A stretch of 63,841 bases of DNA, counting the filler, from Reticulomyxa filosa (lineage: Eukaryota > Protista > Foraminifera), in assembly GCA_000512085.1 (NCBI GenBank). It is 16 parts of 16 records of this genome, joined end to end, with 100 filler letters (N's around TTAATTAATTAA, not from the genome) between each part and the next. Parts side by side here need not be neighbours in the genome. Positions count along the whole stretch, not along the records: positions 62,557 to 63,841 come from ASPP01000863.1; 15 more parts are not named here. One strand, written 5' to 3'. The translations under genes and the position numbers were made by a program. Below are positions 63,698 to 63,841 of the stretch, piece after piece; position 1 is the first letter of the stretch, and each line of letters begins with the position of its first letter. The notes beneath the pieces were generated by a model. It had not been told where the DNA came from and ran no database searches. It was given only the letters and a program-made list of their open reading frames with translations.

Positions 63698-63831
63698 AAA
63701 AAATAAAAAATTGCGAAAAAAAAAGAAAAAGCGAAAAAGAAAAATTTTATTTCAAGCGGCGCCAAGGGCGCCGCTTGGAATAAAATCTTTCTTTTTGGTT
63801 TTTTTATTTTTTTTGCAATTTTTTATTTTTT
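63698..63831. repeat. Long imperfect inverted repeat (foldback) with a GC-rich core
   Basis: CAAGCGGCGCC (63753-63763), loop AAG, GGCGCCGCTTG (63767-63777), extended by A-rich left and T-rich right arms. Confidence 0.85.
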
Positions 63832-63841
63832 CCACTATGCC

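Noticed and set aside
1-63841. rRNA, tRNA or CRISPR features
   Set aside because: None recognisable by eye; tRNAscan-SE and Infernal were not run.

Overview
This window is not one locus. It is 16 short contigs of an AT-rich, intron-containing eukaryotic genome, joined by 15 artificial 100-nt spacers (44 N + TTAATTAATTAA + 44 N), so adjacency across a spacer means nothing. The expanded WD40, Kelch/caspase-like, RING/TRAF and G-alpha families, the (TA)n and poly-A/T introns and the many decayed genes suggest a rhizarian/foraminiferan such as Reticulomyxa filosa (inference, not verified). Recognisable genes: ARL6/BBS3, Cnx1-type Moco protein (E-G order, His-rich linker), Kelch plus caspase-like protein, 2xRRM-CCCH protein, WDR83/MORG1, PT-repeat membrane protein, RUN plus Rubicon-homology protein, RING/TRAF-WD40, G-alpha, PIP5K and PI3K fragments, MFS transporter, bacterial-type RNase HII and DUF1015. 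There are also sulfatase and caspase-like pseudogenes, LINE and Tc1/mariner relics, and a long terminal hairpin. Best leads: an intronless phage/bacterial-like domain with a Lys-rich extension (55632-56312), intron-bearing bacterial-type genes, a Kelch-pseudocaspase fusion, a permuted papain-like protein, and introns whose 3' splice sites follow poly-A rather than polypyrimidine tracts. All family assignments come from motif recognition; no database search was run.
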